Assembly (NCBI GenBank): GCA_963744145.1
Contig: CAVUSO010000001.1
Coordinates: 64,001-128,000 of the forward strand
DNA: 64,000 bases
Reading direction: 5' to 3'
Source of the DNA: an uncultured cyanobacterium
Lineage (GTDB): Bacteria; Cyanobacteriota; Cyanobacteriia; Cyanobacteriales; CAWUOF01
The number at the start of each line of letters is the position of its first letter. Position 1 is the stretch's first letter. Made by a program: the position numbers and the translations under genes. Under the pieces are notes generated by a model. That model did no database searches, was not told the DNA's origin, and saw only the letters and a list, made by a program, of their open reading frames with translations. Shown in pieces: positions 48,747 through 59,738 of the stretch.

Positions 48747-49385
48747 TTAACGACCAATCTGGTGCATTTCATTAATTAATAAAGCACATTTTTGAGTAAT
48801 TTGTTCTAACTCATGGCGATCGGTAGAGTTAGGAGGAGCGATCGGTTGACCAATCCGCACAGTGACGGGTACAGTTTTCGGGAGAGGAGAACCTTTTTTG
48901 ATAATTCTTTCCGTTCCCCACAAACAAACTGGTAATAGTGGTACTTGTGCTTTAGCTGCAATCAGAGCAGCACCTAATTTGGGATCAGTAATTGTTCCAT
49001 CCGCAGTCCGAGTTCCTTGTAAAAAAATTCCCACAGCCCATCCTTGTTCGAGATATGCTAATGCAGAACGAATCGCACTGAGATCCGCACTACCTCGCTT
49101 CACAGGATAAGCACCATATAATTTAATTGCTTGTTTTAAAATGGGAATCCGAAAAAGTTCTTCCTTAGCCATAAAAGCAACTGGACGCTTGACACAATTA
49201 GAAAGAATAGGTGGATCAAAATCACTAGCGTGATTACTAACTACTAACAGCGGTCCGGTTTGGGGGACATTTTCCGCACCATAAATAGAACCTCGAAAAT
49301 ACAGATTCAGAATCGGGCTGACTACTGACCACTTAAAAGCGTGGTAAAGAAGTAAATTTAGATATGGTTCACGATTCCTGAGCAA
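48747..49385 (-). CDS. plsC: 1-acyl-sn-glycerol-3-phosphate acyltransferase
   Basis: NHASDFD, FMAKEEL, FLQGTR; located in the lipid operon. Confidence 0.92.
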   Translation of the reverse strand: MLRNREPYLNLLLYHAFKWSVVSPILNLYFRGSIYGAENVPQTGPLLVVSNHASDFDPPILSNCVKRPVAFMAKEELFRIPILKQAIKLYGAYPVKRGSADLSAIRSALAYLEQGWAVGIFLQGTRTADGTITDPKLGAALIAAKAQVPLLPVCLWGTERIIKKGSPLPKTVPVTVRIGQPIAPPNSTDRHELEQITQKCALLINEMHQIGR

Positions 49386-49468
49386 AATATCAACCTACCG
49401 GGGATCTTGAGTAAAAGATGATCGCAATCGCAATATTTTTGATTGATATTGCGATTTTGACATGAATC

Positions 49469-50377
49469 TTATCGATTTGATAAACTCATCATCCCCACCC
49501 GGTTTAACTCCGTCAAACTACCCACATTTTCCAGCATGATATCTGGACAAGTACGTTTAATTAAACCTGTCAGCACTTTCCCTGGACCAACTTCAATCAC
49601 CTGTTTAATTCCTGCTTGGGAAAGTCTGAGCATAATTTCCCACCACAGCACAGAACCAGTCATTTGTTTAGTCAGACGTTCTTTTAGCAGAATGGGATCA
49701 ACTGAGGGTGTAGGATCAACATTTGATAGCACAGGAATTTTAGCCCGACTAAACTCAACTGAATCTAAAACCTGTTGAAATTCTAATGCCGCTGGTGCCA
49801 TCAAAGCCGAATGAAAAGCACCACTAACATTCAACTTCATCGCACGTTTTACTTTTACCTTAGTTAAGAGTTCCTCTATCCCTTGACAAGTACCAGAGAT
49901 CACGACCTGGGTTTCACTATTATCATTTGCTAAGACCACACCAGGAGTTTTTTCGATTTCTTGCTCTAATTTTTGCCGATCGAACCCCATCAGAGCTGAC
50001 ATTTGACCACCAACTGCTGCATCCATTAATTCAGCCCGACGCTTAACTAAGCGTAAACCAGCTTGAAAGTCAAGTACCTTAGCTGCATAAAGAGCAACAT
50101 ATTCACCTAAGCTATGACCCGCAACTAAATCAGGTTCTAGTCCCTTTTGACTGAGCAAATCGACTAATATACTTTCGATCACGTACAAACAAGGTTGTGT
50201 ATAAAGAGTTTGAGCTAATTTAACTTCCTCTTTTTGACAAATTTCAGCAACAGACCAACCCAAAATCTGATTTGCTTGTTCAAGTTTAGCTTTTGCGGCT
50301 GGAATTTCTAATAAATCGATTCCCATCCCGATCGCTTGGGAACCTTGTCCCGGAAACACCCATCCCGTTTTAGTCAT
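49469..50377 (-). CDS. fabD: Malonyl-CoA:ACP transacylase
   Basis: FPGQGSQ, GHSLGE, VSGAFHS, EVGPG. Confidence 0.97.
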   Translation of the reverse strand: MTKTGWVFPGQGSQAIGMGIDLLEIPAAKAKLEQANQILGWSVAEICQKEEVKLAQTLYTQPCLYVIESILVDLLSQKGLEPDLVAGHSLGEYVALYAAKVLDFQAGLRLVKRRAELMDAAVGGQMSALMGFDRQKLEQEIEKTPGVVLANDNSETQVVISGTCQGIEELLTKVKVKRAMKLNVSGAFHSALMAPAALEFQQVLDSVEFSRAKIPVLSNVDPTPSVDPILLKERLTKQMTGSVLWWEIMLRLSQAGIKQVIEVGPGKVLTGLIKRTCPDIMLENVGSLTELNRVGMMSLSNR

Positions 50378-50718
50378 TTGTCCTTTGTCCTTTGTTATTT
50401 TTTCTTAATTAATAAGAGGATTATCAATTTAATATATAATGGTTAATTTGGCAACTATTTCTTGAGTTCAGAATTATTGCCAGCTCACGTCAAAAATATC
50501 TGATTTGCTGATCACATCATCAATTTGAGTCACAACCATAGGTTTAATTATTGACCTAAGATTAGCAAAATTATTAACTAAAAACTTAGGTCTTCGCAGT
50601 GATCCCAACTGCAACTTAAATAAGTGTGCGATCGCGAAAATTTGGTTAAACTAAACTAGATATATTAAAAGGATAAACCAGGCGTTCTCCTGTACTCAAA
50701 GAAACTTCCTCAGTATTC

Positions 50719-50811
50719 AATTTTAGATTTTAGATTTTAGATTGAAGTTGATCGATTGACAATCTCCTTACTAAATCTTGAATCCAAAATCCAAAATCCA
50801 AAATCCAAAAT
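50719..50811. repeat. Inverted heptamer (STRR-type) arrays (ATTTTAG)n ... (CCAAAAT)n
   Basis: Arrays at 50719-50743 and 50781-50811. Confidence 0.8.
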
Positions 50812-50815
50812 AAAA

Positions 50816-51817
50816 CTACTTCCCCCATTGAAAAATAGTAGCACCCCAAGTTAACCCGGCTCCAAAACCAGCAGAGGCGATCGTGTCACCGGGTTTAATT
50901 TGACCTTGACGTACAGCTTCATCCAAAGCGATCGGAATAGAAGCAGCCGAAGTATTACCATAATGGGCAATATTGCTAATCACTTTGTGGGCAGGAATTT
51001 TCAGACGTTCAGCCACCGCATCAAGAATCCGCTGATTAGCTTGGTGCATCAAGAGCCAATCAATCTGATCCACGGTGATATTTGCTCTAAACAAAGCTTT
51101 TTCCAGCACTTCCGGCACCCGTTTGACCGCAAAACGATAAACTTCTTGACCATTCATCGTAATCGGGTGAAAACCACCTTGAGCGATCGACAATCCCTCA
51201 ATCAGTTCTTTTGGTTGTCCCTGATAAGCTAAATTCAGATAGTGATTTTGGCTACCATCATTTCTGAGTTCAAATCCCAGAAACCGATCGCACTCTGAAG
51301 CTTGCATCACCACTGCTCCTGCTCCATCCCCAAACAAAATACAGGTGCCGCGATCGGACCAATCAACCCAACGAGACATAATATCAGCCCCAATCAACAG
51401 AACATGACGATAAACACCAGTCCGGATAAATTGGGCACCTGTCACCATCCCAAACACAAAACCAGAGCAAGCTGCGGTGAGGTCAAAAGCCACAGCTTGC
51501 TTGGCCCCTAAACGACTTTGAATATAGCTAGCAGTGCCAAACAAATCATCTGGAGTAGAAGTAGCCAGAATAATTAAATCTAGCTCGGCTGGCGTAATCT
51601 GGGCCATCGCGATCGCTTGTTGAGCAGCTGTAGTCGCCAAATCCGTGAGTGACTCTTGAGCTAGAGCCAAGCGACGACGACGAATCCCTGTGCGTGAGGT
51701 AATCCATTCATCGGACGTTTCTACTATTTGACTAAGCCCGTGGTTATCAAGGGAACCCACGGGAATCGCTGAACCACTACCGGTGATGGCAATACCTACC
51801 CCTGCTTGCTGCAACAT
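50816..51817 (-). CDS. fabH: Beta-ketoacyl-ACP synthase III
   Basis: AACSGF, HQAN, GNTSAAS, GAGLTWG. Confidence 0.97.
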   Translation of the reverse strand: MLQQAGVGIAITGSGSAIPVGSLDNHGLSQIVETSDEWITSRTGIRRRRLALAQESLTDLATTAAQQAIAMAQITPAELDLIILATSTPDDLFGTASYIQSRLGAKQAVAFDLTAACSGFVFGMVTGAQFIRTGVYRHVLLIGADIMSRWVDWSDRGTCILFGDGAGAVVMQASECDRFLGFELRNDGSQNHYLNLAYQGQPKELIEGLSIAQGGFHPITMNGQEVYRFAVKRVPEVLEKALFRANITVDQIDWLLMHQANQRILDAVAERLKIPAHKVISNIAHYGNTSAASIPIALDEAVRQGQIKPGDTIASAGFGAGLTWGATIFQWGK

Positions 51818-52851
51818 TATTCTCCATCTATTCCTGGGGCTGCTGTTTTTTCAAACCGATCCTGAATCCTGGCAATCACTTGATGATTGACTGCTTCCTT
51901 GGCCAAACGAATCGCATTAGCGATCGAAGTAGCTTGAGAGGAACCGTGACTGATCACGCAAATTCCTGCTACTCCTAGCAGCAGACAACCACCATGTTCC
52001 ACATGGTCTAGTCGCTTTCTAATCCGGTTGAGATGTGGTTGGAGGATTTCTGGATCAATTCCTGCTAATCCTTGGGCAAACTCCTCTTGCATGAGCTGGA
52101 GAAAAACTTCACCGATTGCTTCTGCAAATTTTAATAGTACGTTCCCCGCAAATCCATCACAAACAATCACGTCAAAACGACCAGATAGGACATCTCGACC
52201 TTCGGCATTACCAATAAAGGGAATGCGGTGATTATCTTGCAGCATTTGGTGGGTTCTCACCGCCAGATCATTACCCTTGGAAGGTTCTTCACCAATATTG
52301 AGCAGTCCCACCTTTGGTTGCCCAATCCCAAGCACATATTCGCTATAGATCGCCCCCATCACGGCAAATTGCTCAAGAAATTTCGGGCGACAATCTACAT
52401 TAGCGCCAACATCAAGAATTAGAACTGATTTTCCATGTACCAAGGTTGGTAACACGGCACCTATGGCTGGTCGATCAATTCCTGGTAAACGTCCTAACCG
52501 TAGTAAGGCTGCGGCCATAGCAGCTCCGGAGTGGCCCGCTGAAACCACAGCATCAGCTCGGTTTTGCTTCACCAAATCCATTGCTACATTAATAGAAGCC
52601 TTGGGTTTGCGTTTTAACCCAGTTAAAGGCTCCTCGTGCATCTCTACCACACCTTCAGCCGGAACGATTTCCAGCATCGTCGGCAAATTGGCATATTGTT
52701 TTATCGAGGTTTCGATCTGTTCGGGGTCACCGACCAGCAAAATTTCTACATCCAATTCTTCGAGTGCTTTTAGCGCTCCAGCGACGATTTTGGTGGGCGC
52801 ATAATCCCCACCCATTGCATCAATTGCGATTCGTGCGCGAGTCGATCCCAT
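51817..52851 (-). CDS. plsX: Phosphate acyltransferase PlsX
   Basis: IAIDAMGGD, SAGHSGA, LDVGAN, CDGFAGN, SHGSS. Confidence 0.97.
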   Translation of the reverse strand: MGSTRARIAIDAMGGDYAPTKIVAGALKALEELDVEILLVGDPEQIETSIKQYANLPTMLEIVPAEGVVEMHEEPLTGLKRKPKASINVAMDLVKQNRADAVVSAGHSGAAMAAALLRLGRLPGIDRPAIGAVLPTLVHGKSVLILDVGANVDCRPKFLEQFAVMGAIYSEYVLGIGQPKVGLLNIGEEPSKGNDLAVRTHQMLQDNHRIPFIGNAEGRDVLSGRFDVIVCDGFAGNVLLKFAEAIGEVFLQLMQEEFAQGLAGIDPEILQPHLNRIRKRLDHVEHGGCLLLGVAGICVISHGSSQATSIANAIRLAKEAVNHQVIARIQDRFEKTAAPGIDGE

Positions 52852-53090
52852 TGATCAAAGTTATAGAAGCCTCACAAATTCTACCAGTACCCGATCACAT
52901 CTGTGTCAGATTTGACCTTGATAAATCTGTCCAATTAACATAATTAGATTAATTCCACAGGTTTGACCTGAATAATTAAGAATTATAAATTTTTTTGTCA
53001 ATACTTAATAATTCGCTAATTTTTTTGTTTGATCAAAAGTTTAATCGCAATGACAAAATCATGTTGAAGTTGCATTAAGTGAGGCAAAAA

Positions 53091-54431
53091 ATGCTAGAAT
53101 TACTACAATCAGGACTAATTTCGATGTGGTTACAGTTAGCTTGGCTCCAAGTAGATGGGCAGTTACTGAAACCCCAACCAGGGTTTTCCCTGATGCTTTG
53201 GCCTGGTGTACCTGGTTTTGTTCTCCCAGGTAATCAAGACCCAATTACGCAAAATACCGTACAACAATATTTACAAAAATTATCTAGTCATGGCATCACA
53301 GTTTCTCATCAAGGAATATGGATGCAATCTGGATTAGCAGAACTAGCTAACTACCAAGGAACAGTACCTCGGTCGGCGGCTTCTTTGACCAAAGTGGCGA
53401 CCTCTTTGGTAGCTTTGCAGCAATTAGGTCCAAATTATCAGTTTGCGACTCTGATTAAAGCTAAAGGACCAGTAACCAATGGGGTAGTCCAAGGAGATTT
53501 ACTGGTGATTGGGTCTGGTGATCCCCTATTTGTCTGGGAAGAAGCGATCGCTGTAGGTAATGCTTTGAATCAGATGGGAATTAAGCGTGTTAATGGTAAT
53601 TTGATCGTCTCTAGTCAGTTTTATATGAATTATGAAGATAATCCCAGGGTAGCTGGTGAGTTACTTCTAGAAGCTTTAGATGCAACGAAATGGTCGGTGG
53701 AAGCGACAGAAGCATTCTCGACTTTGCCTCAAAATACACCAAAACCGCAAGTAGAAATTTTGGGTCAGGTCAAGGTAGCTACTGGTAATCTATCTGACCA
53801 GGATGCAGTATTACTTTTGCGTCATCAGTCTCCCATTTTGGCGAACCTAATTAAGGAGATGAATAAATTTAGTAATAATGAGATGGCACATATGTTAGCC
53901 CATGTGGTTGGTGGCTCCGAGGTGATCCAAACCCAAGCTGCTGATAGTGCTGGTGTACCAGAAAATGAAATTCAACTGATTAATGGTTCTGGTCTGGGTG
54001 TGGAAAATCGAATTTCTCCACGAGCAGTTGGTGCGATGTTGGTCGCGATCCAAAGCTATGTCCAAAAGTTTGGACTGAGCGTAGCTGATTTATTTCCGAT
54101 CGCAGGTTTTGAACCCAGTACAGTAGATGGTAGAAAAATTCCCCCTGGTACGGTGGTGAAAACGGGCACTTTATCAGCGGTTAGTGCTTTAGCTGGGGTA
54201 ATTCCTAGTCGCGATCGCGGTTTAGTTTGGTTTGCGATTATCAATAGTGGTGATGATGTCGATGCTTTGCGTGATGGTCAAGATGAACTACTCCAACAAT
54301 TAATCAAGCAATGGGGAACTGTAACTACGATCCCAAAACCGATCGCTCCTCATACTAAAGTCGGTAGTCCTCCCGATTTTTCTTTTGGAGATCCCAAACG
54401 TAATGAAATCTTCTTCTCTGCTAGGGGATAA
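53091..54431 (+). CDS. dacB: D-alanyl-D-alanine carboxypeptidase/endopeptidase (PBP4, peptidase S13)
   Basis: ASLTK (SxxK), SNN and KTGTL. ATG 53091 follows GAGG. Confidence 0.85.
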   Translation: MLELLQSGLISMWLQLAWLQVDGQLLKPQPGFSLMLWPGVPGFVLPGNQDPITQNTVQQYLQKLSSHGITVSHQGIWMQSGLAELANYQGTVPRSAASLTKVATSLVALQQLGPNYQFATLIKAKGPVTNGVVQGDLLVIGSGDPLFVWEEAIAVGNALNQMGIKRVNGNLIVSSQFYMNYEDNPRVAGELLLEALDATKWSVEATEAFSTLPQNTPKPQVEILGQVKVATGNLSDQDAVLLLRHQSPILANLIKEMNKFSNNEMAHMLAHVVGGSEVIQTQAADSAGVPENEIQLINGSGLGVENRISPRAVGAMLVAIQSYVQKFGLSVADLFPIAGFEPSTVDGRKIPPGTVVKTGTLSAVSALAGVIPSRDRGLVWFAIINSGDDVDALRDGQDELLQQLIKQWGTVTTIPKPIAPHTKVGSPPDFSFGDPKRNEIFFSARG

Positions 54432-55575
54432 TTTGGGTTACTACCCGACCACCTGTATTACCAGTAATCACCACCGTTTGATCTTGCAGTTTACCAAAAC
54501 CTTTCGGTCCGTTTAAGTTAAGCGGTGGGTCAGTTTGTTGATAAAAGACATTACCCTCAGCAGCAATTTCTTGGGTAGGAAGAAACCAGGTCATCTGATC
54601 TGCTCTCATTTGGGATTTCTTTTCAGTATTCACCCCCGTGACCTTACCAATTAAATAGCAGATTTTTTTCTCTAAATCTACCCAACCTTGTTCAGCATTT
54701 AAAATCATTGGTTGTTGTCGGTGGACTATTTGAATTGGTTGGTCGGATACTACTTTTTTCGCGTCTAAATTCCAAGTTAACAAGTTGCTATATATTTGCA
54801 CTGGTGGTTCTAGTAAGGTGATTTGGGCATTTTGCTTGAGTAGAGAAATTTTGGTTTTCAGATTGACTTCACCTTGATTACCTAATCCCCGATCAGTCAC
54901 ATTGGCACCTTGGTAACGATCGATTTGGATCGGGCGATCGCTGATAATTTCTTGCTTTGCCATATTCCAAACTAAATGTTCTCCCCGCATTTGCAAAGGG
55001 GGATCTTTAGCAACTGCGATTACTTGACCAAAAAATTCCATCCTTCTAGCCCGACTAAATACTCTTGCTTCCGTCGCAGTTGCTTGAATTTGAGCATGAG
55101 TTCCATTTACTTGCTGACGCACAATTAATAAATCTTCTTTGGGACGCCATTCCACTTCTTTACCAGTCAATACTGCTTGATCTTTAACCGCCGTCGCGAC
55201 AATATTACCACGGAGAAAAATTGTTTGACCATCCTGTTTTACTTCTCCCTTGGTAGCTTTAATCCGATAGACTAATTGACCATCTTGGTAAAATTCCCCG
55301 TCAGGATTTTGCACGATCGCTGTTTGCTGATCTTTGGTGTAATCTGCTTGATTAGATTTTACTTTCCACCAGAGTTGCCCTTTTTCATTAGCTTGTTCTA
55401 AAATTACATTCTTAAAAATTAGATTCGATTTTAATTGTTGTGCTGCTGCACTATCTTCAACTAATTTTTTGGCAGTTTGATTTTCCCCTTGACAAGCTTC
55501 TAACCATAACAGTAAAATTCCTAATCCTAGGATTTTTTTGGCTAATTTATTTGGTGGTCTCAATAATTTGCTCAT
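54421..55575 (-). CDS. lptC: LPS export ABC transporter periplasmic protein LptC
   Basis: Lipobox-like LEAC, beta-jellyroll-type repeats, position in the cyanobacterial metG-NYN-lptC order. Confidence 0.8.
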   Translation of the reverse strand: MSKLLRPPNKLAKKILGLGILLLWLEACQGENQTAKKLVEDSAAAQQLKSNLIFKNVILEQANEKGQLWWKVKSNQADYTKDQQTAIVQNPDGEFYQDGQLVYRIKATKGEVKQDGQTIFLRGNIVATAVKDQAVLTGKEVEWRPKEDLLIVRQQVNGTHAQIQATATEARVFSRARRMEFFGQVIAVAKDPPLQMRGEHLVWNMAKQEIISDRPIQIDRYQGANVTDRGLGNQGEVNLKTKISLLKQNAQITLLEPPVQIYSNLLTWNLDAKKVVSDQPIQIVHRQQPMILNAEQGWVDLEKKICYLIGKVTGVNTEKKSQMRADQMTWFLPTQEIAAEGNVFYQQTDPPLNLNGPKGFGKLQDQTVVITGNTGGRVVTQIIP

Positions 55576-55583
55576 TTATTTAG

Positions 55584-55652
55584 TAGGGGCGAAGCATTCG
55601 GGCGATAATTGAACAATCAAACGAGTAATATTATACCCGAATGCTTCGCCCT
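55584..55652. repeat. REP-like inverted repeat element
   Basis: GTAGGGGCGAAGCATTCGGG...CCCGAATGCTTCGCCCT. A related copy lies at about 59616-59730. Confidence 0.75.
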
Positions 55653-55730
55653 TCTTCGCGGAGAGTTCCCAAAATATTTTAACTGAATGTATTTTAATAT
55701 ATAGTTGATCTGTTGGCTGCATAGATGGCG

Positions 55731-55874
55731 AGGGCAAAGCATTTCGGTCATATTATTCTTCCCTTCGACTACGCCCTTCGACTTCGCCCTTCGACTCCGC
55801 TCAGGGTAAACTCAGGGTAAACTCAGGGTAAACGCTTAAGCAATCATTTATGCGCCGAAATGCTTTGCCCCTAC
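55731..55874. repeat. REP-like inverted repeat containing a triply nested 24-bp element
   Basis: 16-bp arms GGGCAAAGCATTTCGG / CCGAAATGCTTTGCCC enclose (CCCTTCGACTNCG)x3 followed by (CTCAGGGTAAA)x3. Confidence 0.85.
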
Positions 55875-55897
55875 GGGTAACTGCACGGGATTGATTT

Positions 55898-55937
55898 ATA
55901 GCTAATCACTATTAATTAATATTTAGTGATTAGCTAT
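55898..55937. terminator. Stem-loop downstream of the NYN gene
   Basis: ATAGCTAATCACTA...TAGTGATTAGCTAT, 14-bp stem. Confidence 0.5.
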
Positions 55938-55948
55938 CATTAATTAGC

Positions 55949-56563
55949 CTAGGGATCTTCGCGATCGTCCATCAACCCAATTCCCGATAGCGGTCGGTAA
56001 GTATAACCATTGTGATTCTGACGCGAAATTTTTTGGATATCGTCTTTAATGGTTTCGAGATCAATATAGCGATCGGCAACATTAATCAGACTATCGCTCG
56101 TCATCGATCGCAAACTCACTACTTCCACCCGCACCCCACGATAACATACAGCATCGACTGCATAAGCCAGATCCCCGTCTCCACTAACTAAAACTGCTGT
56201 ATCGTAAGAACCCACTAAAGCCATCATATCTACTGCTATTTCTACATCCAGGTTAGCTTTTTTAGAGCCATCGGGTAGTTGGACTAATTCCTTCGCAATG
56301 ACCCGATAACCATTACGACGCATCCACAGTAAGAATCCTTGTTGTTTTTCATTAGTCCGATCGACACCAGTGTAAAAAAAAGATCGTAATAATCGCGATC
56401 CCGCCGTGAGACGGCACAGCATTTTGGTATAATCGATTTCTATGCCCAATTGTAGTGCGGCATAAAACAAATTCGAGCCATCAATAAAAATTGCTACACG
56501 ACCACGATTTTCTAATACCTGTTCCGGGGTAAATACGGAGATGTTTTCTTGATGATTCAACAT
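55949..56563 (-). CDS. NYN domain protein (LabA/DUF88 family)
   Basis: IFIDGSNL, KANLDVEIAVD, LVSGDGD, ADRYIDL. Confidence 0.92.
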   Translation of the reverse strand: MLNHQENISVFTPEQVLENRGRVAIFIDGSNLFYAALQLGIEIDYTKMLCRLTAGSRLLRSFFYTGVDRTNEKQQGFLLWMRRNGYRVIAKELVQLPDGSKKANLDVEIAVDMMALVGSYDTAVLVSGDGDLAYAVDAVCYRGVRVEVVSLRSMTSDSLINVADRYIDLETIKDDIQKISRQNHNGYTYRPLSGIGLMDDREDP

Positions 56564-56707
56564 GGTTATTATTCCTCAGTTTTTTATGAAAAATAGTATT
56601 GATATGGACTAGAAAAAAGTAAAATTGCCCTCCTCACCTGGTTGATCATGGGCATAATCCAATTACACCCTGAGACCATCTATCCTGATTGGTCATCCTG
56701 GACATTC

Positions 56708-58315
56708 CTAGGATGAAACAATTTCTAGTAGCTCCAACCGCTGAAATACCGGACGCGGTTCTCCTAATTTTTGTCCTGCAGTTAAAATTCCCCAGGTGCC
56801 ATGAATGGCAAAAGTTGCAGAAACATCAGTTAAATTTTTGTTGTCAAAGTTGAGAGAATATCCTAACTGTTCATAAACAGCACTGCTGATCGTTGGAGTT
56901 ATCGGTGATAAAAGATATGCAGCTAATCTCACCGATTCTAAAACGCTATACAAAACTTGTTCAACTGCTGCTTGCTGCCCTTGTTTGTATAATGTCCAAG
57001 GTGCTTGCTCGTCGATATATTTGTTACCAGTTTTGACTAGGTTCAGGATCGCTATACTCCCTCGACTAAAATCTAGATTTTCATAAGCGATCGCTACCTG
57101 TTCTCCTAATTCTAACCCAATTTTTTTCAGTTGGTGATCCTCGGCAATTTTTTCACTGGTAATATTCGGCACTATCCCTTGGCAATATTTATAAGCCATC
57201 CCCATAGTCCGATTCAGTAAATTCCCTAAATCATTGGCTAAGTCAGAATTCAGGATATTGATAAATCTGGTTTGATTAAAATCTCCATCCTGTCCAAATT
57301 CAATTTCTTTGAGAAAATAATATCGAACTGCGTCAGCACTATACTGATTGATCAACCCTAGGGGATCAATGATATTGCCTAAAGTTTTACCCATTTTTTT
57401 CCCATCTTTGGTTAAAAATCCATGTCCAAATATTTGTTTGGGTAGGGGTAACTGAGCTGACATTAACATAGCTGGCCAATAAACAGCATGAAAACGCAGA
57501 ATATCTTTACCAATGAGATGGAGATTAATGGGCCACCACTTAGCTAAAGCATTGGCTAGGGTGGGTTGATCATCTGGCTCTAGTAGGGCTGTAATGTATG
57601 CTAGTAGAGCATCAAACCAGACATAAATGGTATGACGGGGATCAACGGGAAAAGGAATTCCCCATTCCACATTAACTCGGGAAATCGAAAAATCTTGTAA
57701 CCCTTGAGCCACAAAGTTGAGGACTTCATTCCGACGACTCTGGGGTCTAATGAAGTCAGGTTGTGCTTGATAGAGGGCTTCTAGTTGTGTTTGATATTTA
57801 GATAGACGAAAGAAGTAGTTTTCTTCATCCCTCCATTCAGCGGGACGATTAGTATGAATTGCACAACATTTTCCTTCCACCAGTTCCCGTTCTTCTTTAA
57901 ATTCTTCGCAAGATACACAATACCAGCCTTTTTGTTGACCAATATAGATGTCACCCGCATCCCAAACTAGCTCAAAAAACTCTTTGACAATAATTTCATG
58001 ACGGGGATCGGTGGTCCGAATAAAGCGATCATAGCTAATTTTTAGCTGCTGCCATAAGGTCTCGAAACTTCCTGCAATTAGATCGCAATGCTCTTGTGGC
58101 GATCGCCCATTACTGGTTGCTGTCCGCTCGATTTTCTGGCCATGTTCATCTGTACCTGTAATTAGTCTAACTTCTTTACCTCTTAATCTTTGATATCTTG
58201 CCACGGCATCTGCGGCTATGGTGGTGTAGGCACTGCCTATATGGGGTAAATCGTTGACATAATAGACAGGTGTGGTGAGGGCAAATGTGTTTTTATTGTT
58301 ATTTTTTGATTCCAT
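56708..58315 (-). CDS. metG: Methionine--tRNA ligase
   Basis: HIGS (HIGH variant), GTDEHG, YVWFDAL, GKDILRFH, KMGKT (KMSKS variant). Confidence 0.97.
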   Translation of the reverse strand: MESKNNNKNTFALTTPVYYVNDLPHIGSAYTTIAADAVARYQRLRGKEVRLITGTDEHGQKIERTATSNGRSPQEHCDLIAGSFETLWQQLKISYDRFIRTTDPRHEIIVKEFFELVWDAGDIYIGQQKGWYCVSCEEFKEERELVEGKCCAIHTNRPAEWRDEENYFFRLSKYQTQLEALYQAQPDFIRPQSRRNEVLNFVAQGLQDFSISRVNVEWGIPFPVDPRHTIYVWFDALLAYITALLEPDDQPTLANALAKWWPINLHLIGKDILRFHAVYWPAMLMSAQLPLPKQIFGHGFLTKDGKKMGKTLGNIIDPLGLINQYSADAVRYYFLKEIEFGQDGDFNQTRFINILNSDLANDLGNLLNRTMGMAYKYCQGIVPNITSEKIAEDHQLKKIGLELGEQVAIAYENLDFSRGSIAILNLVKTGNKYIDEQAPWTLYKQGQQAAVEQVLYSVLESVRLAAYLLSPITPTISSAVYEQLGYSLNFDNKNLTDVSATFAIHGTWGILTAGQKLGEPRPVFQRLELLEIVSS

Positions 58316-58697
58316 ACAGGTTTGAAAACTAATCCCCTTAATCAGCTTAATTTTTGCATGGGGGAAGGTAATTAACTAAATTCTAATAGCCTTTCGTAAA
58401 CAATCCTTTTGCTCAGGCGTTTACCTGATTATAAATATTCGTAATCATAGGATTATTTTTGCTAATAAAACATTAAATAAATATTAATTTAATTGACAAT
58501 AATGAGTAATTGAGGTCGCTGGTAGGTTGCTCAAGAAAATAAAATCTCTAAAAGAATAGCTGACAAAATCGATCAACCATATAATTAAGATGATGCAGTA
58601 ATGATTACAGGTGATGGACAACGGCATGATGATCACCATAATCTGGGCCCGTGATCTAAGTAGTGGGACGTGATCATCGTGAATGATCAAATAGAAA

Positions 58698-59489
58698 ATG
58701 TCAAAAAATTCTAGTCATCCTGATTTTTTAAAGCCAAACAAGTTCCAGCCAGATTACCCATTGTTTATATTTTTACCAGGAATGGATGGTACAGGAAAAC
58801 TTTTGCGATCGCAAGTGACTGACTTAGAAAATGTTTTTGATGTTCGCTCGCTCTCCATTCCCCCTAACGACCGGATGACTTGGGATGTTTTGACCAACCA
58901 AGTTGTATCTTTGCTCAAAGCCGAGTTAAATCAAAAAATCAATCAAACGGTTTATCTATGTGGAGAATCGTTTGGTGGTTGTTTAGCGATGAAAGTAATT
59001 TTGCTAGCACCGACATTAATTAAACGTTTAATTTTAATTAATCCAGCTTCAGCTTTTCATCAAAATCCTTGGATCGCTTGGGGATCGCAGATCACGCAAT
59101 GGGTTCCAGATTGGTTATACCAGGGAGCGATGCTAGGGGTTTTACCATTTTTAGCAGCTTTAGAAAGAATTAACATTAGCAACCGTTATGCTTTGTGGAA
59201 AGCAATGCAATCTGTACCCCAGGAAAATTCGGTTTGGAGACTATCCTTACTAAAACATTTTCAGATCAGTGCTGAACAGTTAGGTCAGCTGACTCATCCA
59301 GTATTATTAATTGCCAGTGGATCTGATCGACTATTACCCTCGGTCGCTGAATCAGAATATTTACTGAAGTGTTTCTCCCATGCTACCAGAGTAATTCTCC
59401 CTAATAGTGGTCATGCTTGTTTGTTGGAAACAGAGATCAATTTAGTGGATATTTTGAGAAAATCTGGATTTTTGCCATTTTCCCACTAG
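58698..59489 (+). CDS. Alpha/beta hydrolase
   Basis: LPGMDG, GESFGG nucleophile elbow, DRLL, GHACL. Confidence 0.9.
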   Translation: MSKNSSHPDFLKPNKFQPDYPLFIFLPGMDGTGKLLRSQVTDLENVFDVRSLSIPPNDRMTWDVLTNQVVSLLKAELNQKINQTVYLCGESFGGCLAMKVILLAPTLIKRLILINPASAFHQNPWIAWGSQITQWVPDWLYQGAMLGVLPFLAALERINISNRYALWKAMQSVPQENSVWRLSLLKHFQISAEQLGQLTHPVLLIASGSDRLLPSVAESEYLLKCFSHATRVILPNSGHACLLETEINLVDILRKSGFLPFSH

Positions 59490-59529
59490 CGATCGCTAAC
59501 CAGAATCTGTTATGCTCAAGATTGATATT

Positions 59530-59601
59530 GGGTGACTAGCTCAACGGTAGAGCACTGGACTCTTAATCCATTGGTTCAGGGTTCGAATCCCTGGTCACCC
59601 A
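59530..59601 (+). tRNA. tRNA-Lys (CTT)
   Basis: GGGTGAC/GTCACCC acceptor stem, AGCTCAACGGTAGAGC D-arm, TGGA-CTCTTAA-TCCA anticodon arm, GGTTCGAATCC T-arm. Confidence 0.95.
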
Positions 59602-59738
59602 TCAAGATTTTGGGCGTAGGAGTGAAGCATTCGGGCGAAATTGAGCGCTCAGGTTTTACCTGAGCGTCCCTAGTGTAGTGGAAGTGGATCCCGAAGGGTC
59701 GCTAGTATTGGATCCGAATACTTCGCCCTCTATATGAC

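Noticed and set aside
59530-59730. Integrative element at tRNA-Lys
   Set aside because: No integrase and no duplicated tRNA 3' end seen; only a REP-like repeat follows.
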